Assembly: GCF_009914755.1 (NCBI RefSeq)
Contig: NC_060939.1
DNA length: 64,000 nucleotides
Source of the DNA: the human T2T-CHM13v2.0 reference genome, Homo sapiens
Strand: one strand, 5' to 3'
This document shows positions 1 to 13,452 of this stretch, piece by piece (position 1 is the stretch's first letter; the number at the start of each line of letters is the position of its first letter). The position numbers and the translations under genes are program-made. The notes below the pieces were generated by a model. That model saw only the letters and a program-made list of their open reading frames with translations. It did no database searches and was not told where the DNA came from.

Positions 1-82
1 TGAGCCAAGATCATGCCACTGCACTTCAGCCTGGCGACAGAGTGAGACTCGGTCTCAAAAAAAAAAAAAAAAAAAAAAAAAA
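1..82 (+). mobile_element. Alu 3' end with poly(A) tail (cut by window edge)
   Basis: gagccaagatcatgccactgcac...gagactcggtctc followed by a long A run. Confidence 0.95.
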
Positions 83-2620
83 GAAGGATAACAATACATC
101 ATGATCAAGTGAAGTTTATCCAGAAATGCAAGGATGATTTAACATCTGACAGGCAAGCAATGTAATTCACTACATTAACAAACTAAAAAAATATATATTT
201 TTAATAGACACATAGAAGGCATTTGAAAAACTCAACACCCATTCATAATAAAAAGTCTCTGCATACCAGGAATAAACAAGCAATTTCTTAACTTGGAAAA
301 GAATATCTAAATTATTCTTTAGAATAATTTATTCTTTACACAGTTACATCATATTTAATGGTGAAAGTATTTGTGCTTCCTGGCTACCATCAGGAATAAG
401 ACAAGAGATCCACTCTCAACATTTCTATTAAACATTTTATTGGGTGTAAATAGCCAATGCATTTTACTGGAAAGTATAACCAATGCAATTAGGCAAGAAA
501 AAAAGTAGTGACATATAGATTAGAAAGGATGAAAGAAATCTCTATTTAGCTATATAGTAAATTTGATGTAATCTACAAAAAGACTACTAGACCTAGTAAG
601 TGTAGTAAGGCTGCAGGATATAAGATCCATACGTATACATCTATTATATTTCTATATAATAGCAATGAAGATCAGGAATTAGAATTTTTAAAAATAACTT
701 TTATAATACCATCAAAAATATAAAGTACTTAGAAACAAAGTTGACAAAATATGTGAAAGACTTGTACACTGAAAACAACACAATATTGCTGAAAGAAATA
801 AAAGAAGGTTAAAAAAATGGAGAAACATACCTTGTTCATGGCAGGAAGACTTACTAGTGTCAAGCAGCTAATTCTCCCCCTCTCTCTATTTGTTCTATAG
901 ATTCAAAGAAATCCCAATAAAATCACAGCAAGCTATTTGTACAGGTTGACATACTGATTTTAAAATTCATATGGAAATGCAGGGACCCCAGAATAGCCAA
1001 AACAACACCAAAAAAACCTGAAAGAACAAATATAAAGAAATGATACTACCTGCTTTTAATAATCATTATAAAGCTACAGTAATGAAACAGTGTAAATATA
1101 GGCCAATAAGAGTTTAGAAATAAACTCACATACATAACTAATTCTTTTACAAAGATGCAAAAAGCAAAAATAATCATTTTCTACAAATGCTTCTGGAACA
1201 ACTGGACACCCAAATACCCCTCCCACACCCAAAATAAACTTGAATCCATACTTCACAGCATATACAAAAGTTAACTCAGGAGGGATCACAGACCTCAATG
1301 TAAAACCTAGAACTCTAAAATGTATAAAAGAAAACACAGAAGAAAATCTTTTTGACCCCAGGTTGCTTAGGTACAACACTAAAAAACACAATACATGAAA
1401 AACAAGTGGATTAAATGGACTTCATCAAAGTTAAATACCTCTCCTCCTCAAAAGACACTGTTAAAAAGAATGAACAGACAAGCCACAGACTGGGAGAATA
1501 TATTTGCAAAGTATCTATCTTATAAAGGATTTGCATCTAGAGCATATAAAGGACTCTGAAAATTCAATAATAAACAAAACTCAAAAATTGAGAAGATATT
1601 TGAACAAGACACTTTATCAAAGGAGAAATACAAATGAAAAATATGCACATAAAAAGATGCCCAACATCACTACTTAGCAGGAAACCCTAAGTTTAAACCA
1701 CGACGAGACAAAATAATCCAGCAACCCCACTTCGGCATATATACCCAAAGAATTAAAAACAGGTCTTGAAGAGTTATTTGTACACTCATCTTCATAGCAG
1801 CATGATTCAAAATAGCCAAAAGGTGGAAGCAACCCAGTATCCGTTGACAGATAAATAGATAAATTGTGGTATATCTACACAATGGAATATTATTCATCCT
1901 TAAAAAGAAAGAAAATTCTCACACATGCTACAACGTGGATGGGCCTTGAGGACACTGGCGACATAAGGCTGACTGAAATAAGCCCATCACGAAATGACAA
2001 ATACTATATGATTCCGCTAATATGAGATACCTAGTAGTCAAGTTCATAGGGACAGAACAGAATAGTGGTTATCAGGATCTAGCACAAGGGCTAAGTAGGG
2101 AGTTCGTGTTTAAGGGGTACAGGCTTTCAGTTTTGCAAGATGAAAAGAGTTTTGAAGATGGATGGTGGCGATGGTTGCACAATAATATGAATGTACTTAA
2201 TGCCACTGAACTGAACGTGTAAAATGGTTTAAATGGTAAACCTTATATTATATGTATTTTACCACAATTAAAAAACAGTGAGATAGCATTCACACTCACT
2301 ATAATGAGTACAACAAATAAGACACAATAACACATGTTGACAAAGACGTAGAGAAATGAGAGTTCTCATACACTGCTGGTGGGAATGAAAAATGCCATAA
2401 CCATGTGGGAAACAGTTGGGCAATTTCTTTAAAATTTAAATACACACCATTTCATCCACTCATTCCACTGGGTAGAAGCGTGATGGGTATGTCAGCTATT
2501 GGATTGTGGTGACGGTTTCACAGGGGTACATATGTGAAAACTTATCAAATTTTACATTTTAAGTATTTGTAATTTATTGTATGTCAATTATATCTCAACA
2601 AGACTGTTTAAAAAAATAAA
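83..2620 (+). mobile_element. Old L1 (L1MC/L1MD-like) ORF2 and 3' end remnant, interrupted by a nested L1MB-like 3' end (~1712-2275)
   Basis: Degenerate ORF2 motifs (caaggatgatttaacat, aacaagagacaagagat, aaattcatatggaaatgcag). Two distinct L1M 3' termini end at ~2275 and ~2620. Confidence 0.8.
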
Positions 2621-3199
2621 AAGAGACTATGGCAGAATATAGTAAAGTGAGAAAAACCACACCAAAAGGAATTTATGGGTTCATTCTGAAAAAATCGCTA
2701 ACAAACCACAAGTACAATTTTCACCCAGGAATTGTGAGAAGAACAGCAAACTGCGGCGTTCTACCCTTGTCTACTATGAAGTGCCTTGAAAAATGAACGT
2801 TGATATTTTGCTCATTGATTGTGAATTCTAACACAATGGCCCCTAAGCAACATTTACACACAAGGAAGGCACAATTAACCATGTTTTGAGTGTTGGGTTC
2901 TTTGCACTTAAATTGTCTTCTTGAAACTCAAAGGAAAAAAGTTGCCCAGTTTGTGAAGTAGAAAGACAGAATGGCCCTATTTCGCGTGGATGGAAATAGA
3001 ATCATTTCTTAGGAATATAAAAAGGGAATTGCCCGAAGCACTTGCACGTAGAATGTTCTTTTTTGTTTTCATTATTTACACTGTAGTTTTATTTCCTAAG
3101 GGGCTCTGACAAAAATAAAAACATAAAATGCTAGCACCACAACGGACTTCAGAAACCATCTGGTTTCTCTTCTTTTCTAGGTGAGTAAACTAGAGCCCA

Positions 3200-5140
3200 G
3201 AGAATGGGAGGCGCCTGGGAAAGAGGCTGAAAAGAGGGCTGGGGCGCCCCTCCTCCCCTTGGCCAGGAAAGACCAGACAGCTACCCAGCGCCTTGGGAAC
3301 CACCAGCGTCCTGCAGCCTACGGCCCCAGTCCTCGGCGCCAGGCAGGCCTGTTCCTTAGGAGAGGTGTTCACTCATTTATGCATTCTGTCAGTCGTCCGT
3401 ATTTTCTCAGCACCGGGCAGACACAAGCTCTGGGCTCCGTTCTCCTCCCACTATGGCAGACCCCCGCTGGACGTGCACTCTAGCGAGACACACAGCCACT
3501 AACCACCGAGCTGCGTGGTGAGTTATTTAATTGTGCCTGTCATCAATGCCACCAAGAAGCCCCTGCAAGGGAGGCCCTGCCCTGGAGCGAGTGGTCAGGC
3601 TGAGAGGAGACGGCTGGACGCTGTGTGGGAGCCGGGGAGAGTGGGCCTGGCTGAGGTGGCGGCCCCACCGCGCAGAGCGCCCAGCGCAGGAGCTGCGTCC
3701 ACGCTGGCCTGGAGCAGGTGAAAGGTTTGATGGGAGACTCCATGTGATGCAATGCAGAGCCGCCGTCTTTACATTTTCATGTTGAAAACACAGCGCGGGC
3801 AGTAAATCGGAGGCGATAAGCCTTAGGGGCTGCTCCCGCAGGCAGGGAACCGCGAAGGAGGCCTGGGCTGGGCTGCGAGGCAGCGACAGGAAAAGCGGCT
3901 GGGTGTTCCAGATGCTTCGCTGGGCCTGAGCAGGCAGATGGCTGCACACCGCGGGGACCCGGTGTAAAACGGAAACCAACCCCGAATCTCCAGGCGGCGA
4001 CAGCATGGCACTAACCCCAGCACGAGGCCCTGGGAGCGCATGGAGCCGCTCGCCCAGGATGTGGCAGCTGCCCGGGTGTTGGCGGGAGGGGAGGAGGACC
4101 TATGGCACGTCCAGGGTCCGCCTGCGAGCGGTGGGGCTGGAGCGGGCCGCTGGCAGATGCTCTGGGCTGGGACCAGAGCAGAAATGAGGGTGGCAGGGGA
4201 GCCCTGGACGTGCCATGGAGGTGCCGAGTGCCAGAGGTGCACAGTGAGCGCTGCCTGGAGAAGACCCTCCGCGCCCCCCACATCCAGGTGGTAATGGAGG
4301 CTTCGGGAGTGTCCAGGAGACCCAGGCGGCGGGAACAGCCAGAGCGAGACCCTCACACGCCCGGGGCGTGGGATTCAAAGGCCACAGGGCAGGGGAGCCT
4401 GGCTCTCCAGAGCCAAGAGCACCCTGGCCTCCGCCCGCCTCCAGGCCGAATGGCCGAGCCCGGACACCACTGCGGAGTTACAGTGCAGGTTTGTCAGGCC
4501 GTGACAAACTATTTAGAAAGTAAATAGTTACAGTGCAGGTTTGTGACTATTTAGAAAGTAAATAATACTTTCTAAAAAGATGAACTTTAGAAGATGCCAG
4601 TGCCTGGCTAATGGCACCAGCCGCATGCTGGCTGTTGGGAAGGCGAGGGCTCTGATGCTCCGCCCTCCGCGGGTGGGGAAGACCAGCTGGGAGCAGAGGG
4701 CTGACTTCCAGCTTGTTTCCAAAGTAAGTTGTGTACAATCCTAGGCTTACACTAAAAAGAAGCAGAACTTTCTAGAGAGAAAATAGTTGTTTTTCATTGT
4801 GCTTTAAGATTTCCAACTGTTACGGAGCCTGAGAGGCAGGTTTGCGCCATGGTTCACAGATGTGTAAAGTGCACAAGATGAAAAACTGGCCTTCCTACCG
4901 GAAAGGAACGTACTGTGAGATGCGTGGGCGAGCTTGGGGAGTAAGCAAGGGAATTCAGACGTGAGCATAGGTGGCACCCCGGCTCCGCTCCCTGGGCTAA
5001 TTTCTCAGTGGAGAAGGGTCGGGGTAGAAGACCCCGGAGCTCAGAAGGGCGACAGGAGGAGGGCCCTTCCCTAGCGGCCCCGCTCCACCCGTGCCCTTGG
5101 CTTCCCGCCGTCCGCTGTGCGCTCTCCTGCGCCTCGGCCT
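3200..5140. promoter_or_regulatory. Intronic CpG island / GC-rich element (core ~3600-4500)
   Basis: About 28 CpG in 3781-4140 by hand count, GC-rich and repeat-free, against CpG-depleted flanks. Confidence 0.8.
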
Positions 5141-7811
5141 GTCCCTCCCGGCACTGATGAGTCTACCTGGCACACATGCTTAGCATGATTCTCAATAAAG
5201 AAGAGGTGTCAAAAAGGCTGCCCTGTGGGAAGAGGATATTTTCTACAGAAATAAAAAAGAAGCCGGCTGAACTTCACTGATGGCCCAGACTGCGGAGAGG
5301 ACCGTGGCCACCTTAATAACAGCTGGCAGATGGCAAGGGAGGCCCAGGTGGGAAGCAGCTGCATGGCCGAGCCTCACTGGGTCAGCCCCTCAGTCTCTTC
5401 ACTCTCACATTCTAGCCCGGGCTCCTGCCCACATTCTGCATGGCATGGCCTGAGCCAGACCTGGACACTGTCCCAGGGTCCTGCCCACCTCAGACCCACA
5501 TTAGCAAATCCCCTCAACTCCACGAAAAACACGTGCTCTGGACCGACCGGCCCTGCCTCCCCTGTCTACCCGCCAGCATTCTTGACCTAGTCACCCCCGG
5601 CCCGCCCACCTCTGGGGAAGCCCTCTACCCATCCACGGGCAGCCTGGGTGATGCTTACCAGGGAGAACAGACTACCTCACACCCTCTAAGCCCTTCTGAG
5701 GGCTTCCTGTAACACCAAGGAAACTCCAAACTTCTCACTGGTCTCCCCACTCAAGCCATAGGGTCTTTCCCCAGGGCTCCTCCAGCCTCACCCCCACTCT
5801 CCTGACTTCCCTCACTTCTCTCAGACCACAGGGCAGCTGGGGGAGTCTTTGCTGACCACTCCTGATGCCGGTGCTGTGGTGCTGTGACCAGTCACTGGTG
5901 CTATGTGACTTCTCCCTTTGCCCAGTGTGTCCCCAGCTTCCCCATGTCTTCAGAGCTAAGCCAAGACAGGCACGAAGAATAATGAGTGCCTTTGCGTTGG
6001 TGTCATCCACACACGTCAGGGAAGGCACCTTCGTCCCCTCCTCAGACAACCCGTGCTGCCTTCACTTGGGCAGATGGAAGTGTCACATGCTCCTTTGCTT
6101 GATGGAGGCTAACAAATTATGGCCTGGAGACTTGCACTGAGGTAGGTTGCACAGCTGTGGATTTATTGCTTGGCCTTTTTCACTCTTCGGAAGAAAATGG
6201 ACTTTAAAAATAATCTCCTCTCCCATAAAAAAAGAAGAAATTCTCAGGAAGGAAAATCACTCATGCCATCCAACTTACTGAAAAGCTCTCTAGAGCAAAA
6301 GTTTTCAAACGTTTCTTTAATCTGGTTACATAACCTGGGCATTAAGACATAAAGCAAGGTTCTCCCTGGACCCAGAGGCACCTGCTGTCCACAGGAGGCT
6401 GAACCGTCAGCTCCACGAGGGCAGGGCTAGAGGAGTCTACTCCCCTGTACATTTACTGACAGCACTCCTTGCTCCACGACTTCACACGTGCCTGTGTGTG
6501 TGCAAGTGTGTGCATGCATGTGTTGCAGACACAGGTGCCTTTACAGGTGGTGATGAATACTATTGAGGAAGGTAAGTCATGGAGATAGTGGCCCCAGAGG
6601 GCATCCCAGTCTCTATTCTACATGGGGGCAAATGCAGAGTTAGGCTTCAGGAATAAGGGAACAGAGTGTAAAACAGGGAGAAACGTTTCCTTCTGCTCCG
6701 GCAAGCCCACATTTGTGGGAGGAAGTGGAAGAACTCCCACGTGTGCAGCAGGGCTGGGCAAAGGCATGAATGCCCAGAACAGCCGGAGGATGTTAAGCTG
6801 GGGAAGTGATGCTCGGGGAGCCTGAGCTGGCCATGGGGCAGATGTCGCAACCTCCTTCCCTTCAGCTGAAAGTAATGAACTGGGACCTAGATGCTGGGTT
6901 GGGGAGCAGAGGCAGCAAGGACCGCTGGGAGGCAGGATTCACTTTCTTATAAAGAGAAACCGTCCAACCGTACAACTGTCTCAAGATGGAATGGGCTTTC
7001 ATAGAAGCTGGAACCACATGGCAGAAATTCTAAAACCATGCATGGTGTGGAGGGAAGGTGGGGGAACAATCTCTACACTTTAGCGCTGCACTGACATTCT
7101 ATGACTCGGAGGTTTCCAGCCTGGATATTTAGAAAAACGTGACTGAATTGACAGAAAAGGGGAGGGCAGGCTATGAAGGATGGGTAGGGAGCACTGCGCA
7201 CTTGACACAAGGGCAGCTGGGAGCCGGGGTCTGAGAAATGCAGGCTGGGCATCAAGGAAGAAGCTGGAACTGGGCTGGGTGAGGAACAGCGAGGAGGAGC
7301 TTCTCATGGGGATCCCTATGGAATTGTCACAAGCTTAGGCTGGCCTATGTGTTGGCCACATCCCAGGACAACGGCTGTCCTGCTCCCGTCTCTTCTAGAT
7401 GTTCTCCCCATGACTGAACAGATGGGATCGTGGGGTATGCCATCATTCTCCTTCCTCTTCACTTCCCTGTTGTCTTCCTTCTGTCCTTTGACATGACCTT
7501 CAGAGGCATCCAGCCAGTGTCCTCCACACCATTAGCTCACTGCAGCCCCCAAAGGCTCCCCAACCTTGCAACTCCTTCCCCTCAGTCCCCTCTCCTGCCT
7601 CAAAGAACTTCCTCTTGCCCTTGTGGGCTTCTTCCTGTGTGCTTGTTTCCCAGATTCCTTCACTTTCTGGAGTTACCTCCATTTTGGACAATGCTGAAGC
7701 TTACCGTTTGGGGATGTTTCACTGACTTTGGGAACACTGGCATTCTTTCCTCTCTCTTTTATTGCTTCCCATTTTAGAGGAACTATTCTAATTTTAAAAG
7801 TTATCAGCTTC

Positions 7812-10030
7812 TCATCTGATAAAATCCAGCATCCGTTTATGATAAAAACCCTCAACAAACTAGGCATAGAAGGGACTTAAATTAATAAAAGCGATATATG
7901 ACCAACCCATAGCCAACATCATACTGAATGGGGAAGAATTGAAAGCATTCCTCCTGAGAACTGGAGCAAGACAAGGATGCTCTCTCTCAACACTCCTATT
8001 CAACAGTATTGGAAGTAATAGCCAGAGCAATCAGGCAAGAGAAAGAAAGAAGGGTATCCAAATCAGAAAAGAGAAAGTCAAACTATCACTGTTTGCTGAA
8101 GATATGATAGTATACCTAGAAAACCCTAAAGACTCCTCCAAAAGACTCCCAGATTTGACAAACTTTCAATAAAGTCTCAGGTTACAAAGTCAATGTATAC
8201 AAATCAGTAGCTGCTATACACCAATAACGACCAAGCTAAGAATCAAATCAAGAACTCAATCCCTTTTACAATAGCTGCAAAACATAAAATAAAATACCTA
8301 GGAATATATTTAACCAAGGAGGTCGAAGACCTCTATAAGGAAAACTACAAAACACTGCTGAAAGAAATCATAGATGGCACAAACAAATGGAAATACATCC
8401 CATGCTCATGGATGGGAAGAATCAATATTGTGAAAATGACCACACTGCCTACAGCAATCTACAGATTCAATGAAATTCCCATCAAAATGCGAACACTATT
8501 TTTTACAGAATTTTTTTAAAATCCTAAACTTCATGTGCTACCAAAAAAAAGGGCCTGAACAGACAAAGCAAACTTAAGCAAAAAATAACAAATCTTGAGA
8601 CATCACATTATTGGACTTCAAGTCATGCTACAAGGCTATAGTTACCAACACAGCATGGTACTGGTATAAAAGTAGGCACATAGACCAATGAAAGTCAGAA
8701 ATAAAGCCAAATACTTACAGCCAATTGATCTTTGACAAAGCAAACAGAAACATAAAGTGGAAAAGGACACCCTATTTACTAAATGGCATTGGGAAAATTG
8801 GCTAGCCAAATGAAGAAGAATGAAACTGTATCTCTATCTCTCACCTTGTACAAAAATCAACTCAAGATGGATCAAAGACTTAAATCTAAGATGTGAAATC
8901 ATAAACATTCTAGAAGATAACCTTGGGAAAGCTCTTCTGGACATTGGCCTGGGCAAAGAATTCATGACTAAGACCCCAAAAGCAAATGTGACAAAAATGA
9001 AAGTAAATAAATGGGACCTAATTAAGTTAAAAAACTTCTGTACAGCAAAAGAAGTAATCATCAGAGTATTAATAAAAATCATCAAACAGACAACCCACAG
9101 AGTGGGAGAAAATATTTGCAAACTATGCATCCGACAAAGGACTAGTATCCAGAATCCATAGGGAAAAAACAAATCTGCAAGAAAAAAACAAATAATCCCA
9201 TCAGAAAGTGGGCAAAGGACATGAATAGAGAATTCTCCGAATAAGATATACAAATGGCCAACAAACATACGAAAAAATGCCAACATCACTAATTATGAAG
9301 GAAATGCAAATCAAAACCACAATGAGATGCCATCTTACTCTTGCAAAAATGGCCATTATCAAAAAGTCAAAAAACAATAGATGTTGATGTGGATGTCATG
9401 AAAAAGGAATGCTTTTACCCTGTGGTGGGAATGTAAATTAGTACAACCTCTATGGAAAACTATATAGGGATTCCTTAGAGAACTAAAAGTAGATCTACCA
9501 TTTGATCCAGCAATCCCAGTACTGAGTATCTACCCAAAGGCAAAGAAGTCATTATATGAAAAAGACACCGTACATGCATGTTTATGGCAGCGCAATTCAC
9601 AACTGCAAAGATATGGAACCAACCTAAGTGCCTACTGACCACTGAGTGGATAAAGAAAATGTGCTATATATACACCATGGAATACTACTTAGCCGTAAAA
9701 AAAAAATGTCTTTTGCAGCTACTTGGATGGAGCTGGAGGCCATTATTCTAAGTGAAGTAACTCAGGAATGGAAAACTAAATACCACAGGTTTTCAGTTGT
9801 AAGTGGGAGCTAAGCTTGAGTATGCAAGGGCATACAGAGTGATATAATGGATTTTGGAGATTCAGAATGGGAAGGGTGAGAGGGAGGTGTGACATAAAAA
9901 ATTACATATTGGGTACAATGTACACTCCTCAGGTGTCAGGTGCACTGAAATCTCAGAATCCACCACTATATAATTCATCCATGTACCCAAAATCACTTGT
10001 ACTCCCAAAAGCTATTGAAATAAAAAAAAA
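7812..10030 (+). mobile_element. 5'-truncated L1PB-type LINE-1
   Basis: ORFs 7939..8172 and 8820..9161 are decayed ORF2 pieces. L1PB-type 3' UTR (catattgggtacaatgtacac...gctattgaaataaaaa) and an A tail. Confidence 0.9.
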
Positions 10031-12392
10031 TTAAACGAAAAAACAGCTACCAGCTTTTAAAGCTTAGAAAATGCAGGTCTATTGATTTCTTTTTTCAATT
10101 TGTAAGTCAATCAAGAAAAGAAAATGGCTTACTGCTGTTTCAGAGTGTGATAAAGGCTTACCTTTTTGCCCTCTCTGTAGGGACACAGGGCCGTGGCGTG
10201 TCTGGGGTTGGCAGTGTCCATGTGCGTTTGCCCCTGTACCTCGGTCTGGCTTTGGCAACATGGCCAAGCTACATAAGCCATATGGGCCTCAGCTTCCTGA
10301 CCTCTAAAATGAGGCTAATAAGACCAGGTCACTGGATATCTAAGTGTCGGTGGAACTTCATAAGAAGGACATCATAAGAAGGGCCCCTGTTCGCAAGCCC
10401 AGCACCTCAGCAAACAGGAGCCCCTCCCCTGCACCAACCTTGTGGCTCAAGGGCTTAATGGTGATTAAACAGGGACAGAATCACTTTATTTTTATTTCAA
10501 ACCACTTTTTAAAAAATGATCTTGAAGTTGGATTTGTGCATTCCATAAAATAAGTCCATAAATAACGTCCACAAAAAAGTGGAGTATATTTGTTAGCTGA
10601 CTCTGTACCGATAATGAAGTTGATGATGCAACCATGGGATAAATGCTGGAGCGAAGACCCCTCATCAGTCAGCGGCTTCCAGCAGGACAGCTTATATTTA
10701 TCAAAAGCCACCACGACCTTCTGCCCATAAAACTACCCAAACTCCTTTTAACAACAAAATAAAGAAGAATACCTCTAAGTATTTGATTCTAAGATTGTAA
10801 GTGGTTTCCAAAAGAAAAATCTTTGAGAGAAAATATTTTCTCTGGGCAAGTCAGGAGCACAGGGAGGGGACTGGCATCCCTGACAGGTGCAGACGCAGGG
10901 AAGGTGCTGGCCTCCCTCACCGATCTCATGCACAGGCAATGACAGGGGTGGCAGTTTCTCCAGGGAAAAAGTTCATGATAGGTTTTTATATTGACATACA
11001 GAGAAACAAAACTTTTAAAAAATATATCTTTCATTAAAAAAAGATTAATTAAAGCCAATTGTACGTTAAGCTGCATTGTGAAATGATAAATTCCACCTTG
11101 TCCCATGGGACTGTCATTTTAGTTATTATTCATTCCAAGTTCAGAATATAAAACACTTAAGTTGCTTTCCTTTTTTAAAGTTCCCAGTAATATCCAATTG
11201 CAAAAGGAAACAAAAGAGAGCCCCCTTTTGCTTAAAGGGAGAAACATGTGATGTGAGGATTCCCTGGGTGCATACCATGCACATTAACAGGATCTGTCTC
11301 TTACTGCGACTTCAGCTGCTATTGTTTCATTGACTAGAAGTAAAATACTAAGGCTGTGCCATGGCCCTCACCCCAGCCAGCCCAGCAGCTGCTTCATGCC
11401 TAAGATGCCCCTCCTCCATCACAGACCTCCTTTCCTCCTCCTCCCCACTTCCCCACATGCCCACTACAGATGCCCCAGAGACTCCCTTCTGCCCCCTCCC
11501 CAGGAGGCTCCTGCACCAGTGTCCTACCGCACTCACATAGAGAGGGCAAGAGAGCAGCACAGGTGTCAAGGGTCAGGAGGGGTCACTGCTGAGAACTCGG
11601 TGCTTCTCTGGGCAGAGGAACAAGGAGAAAGGGGCAGGTGCTGCAGGTCTCTGGGGGTGGCATTGCCTCAGGAGTGTGAGAGCAAAGGGCAGAGTCCACC
11701 ACAGCTCCTGGACCACCGTCACCCAGCTACTCCACATCAGGATGAGAAATGGGGTGCAGGCTCTCCGGGGTCCCAGCCTAGTGGGAAGGGCCTCCAACTG
11801 GCCCAGAGGGCCTCTCTCCCCTCCACCCTCCTGACCCCAGCAGGAGGGGCTGACCCACTTCCATCCACTTCTTCACTGGCACCCCCCATATACACAGGCA
11901 CACATATGCATCCACATTCACACATACACACACACACACAGATACACACTCACAGCCTATGAGGGAAGAGTGGCCTTAGCCAGCTCAAGTGACATAGAAA
12001 TGGGAGGAAATGTTCATAGTCTTCTAGGTCCCCACAAACCTTTACTTTCAAAGCAGAGTAAAAAGGAATAAAAGCCATGAGACATTAAAGCTCATTAAAA
12101 GGGACCTTTCATCTCCATTCAAGGCTTTTCCACTAGGAGGAAGTATCCATCGGATCACTCAGTTCATAATTACAGTGGCGCCTAGTGGGACTCTGAAATT
12201 CATGATTTAGATGAAAGAGGCTTCTCACACATATTTCACACTCAAAAGGCTGGAAATAGCAAATCCAATGCATCTTCAGAAAGCACTGATCTAAAGAAAC
12301 CTCTTAAAACTAGAGCCAAGAGGAAAACAATCACCCTGTCCTGCATCTTATAAAATCTATAGAGAAAAGATGAAGACAGGAGAAAATTACAT

Positions 12393-12705
12393 TTTTTCTT
12401 TTTTAATTACTATTTTATTGATACATAATAGATGTACATATTTTCAGAGTATATGTGGTAATTTGACACATTCATGTAATGTGTAAAGATCAAACAGGGT
12501 AATTGGAATACCCATCACCTTAAATATCTATCTTTTCTTTATGCTAGGAATATTCGAATTATTCTCTGAAATATACAATTATTCTTTGAAACATACAATC
12601 AATCAATGTTAACTACAGTCACCCTCCTGATCAATGAGAAATGAGGTCTGATTTCTATTTAACTATGTATTTGTACCCACTAACCAACCTCTCTTCAATC
12701 CACAG
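12393..12705 (-). mobile_element. L1MA-type 3' end fragment
   Basis: ttttattgatacataatagatgtacatatttt...cccatcaccttaaa matches the reverse complement of an L1MA 3' end. Confidence 0.75.
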
Positions 12706-13101
12706 TTTATTTTTTTAATTAAAAAAAACAAGAAAAAACACAGAATTTTATAAGTAGAAGGAGAAGAATGTGATAATACAGAAGCATGAAAAATATTGAA
12801 TAAGATAGAAGACTGAAGTGCATAAAATGTATAACAGTAAACGAAAGATAATGGAGATATATTTAAGACATACAATGATGTCCATTGACAAAAGACTGAG
12901 GAAGCTGGCACAGAACACTTGACATATTTAGAACAGTAACAAAATTACAAAACAGCTTTCAATCATCCACTGAATAGTCATGGGAAACTTGAAACTACTA
13001 AAGTATGAGGTACTTAAAAGGTAAGTTTGGTTCAGTCAATCTTTAAGATTATTGTATCATCATTCTAAGCATAGGTGTGTTCATATTAAAATAAAAATAT
13101 A

Positions 13102-13385
13102 GGCCAGGCACCGTGGCTCACGCCTGAAATCCCAACACATTGGGAGGCCGAGGCAGGCAGATCCCTTGAGGTCAGGAGCTCGAGACCAGCCTGGCCAACA
13201 TGGCAAAACCCCATCTCTACCAAGAATACAAAAATTAGCTGGGTGTGGTGATGGCCACCTGTAATCTCAGCTACTCAGGTGGCTGGCTGAGGCACAAGAA
13301 TTGCTTGAACCTGGGAGGCCAGAGGTTGCAGTGAGCCAAGATTGTGCCGCTACACTCCAGCCTGGGCAACAGGGTGAGATTCTCT
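13102..13385 (+). mobile_element. AluS element
   Basis: Full dimer ggccaggcaccgtggctcacgcc...gggcaacagggtgagattc. Confidence 0.95.
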
Positions 13386-13389
13386 CTCT

Positions 13390-13390
<1 letters not shown>

Positions 13391-13452
<62 letters not shown>

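Noticed and set aside
3181-4527. Many overlapping 60-177 aa ORFs on both strands
   Set aside because: Expected from stop-codon scarcity in a GC-rich island; no recognisable protein similarity.
11330-11962. 210-aa plus-strand ORF
   Set aside because: Non-ATG start, low-complexity Pro/Ser/His content, ends in a (CA)n-like tract, and shows no homology I recognise.
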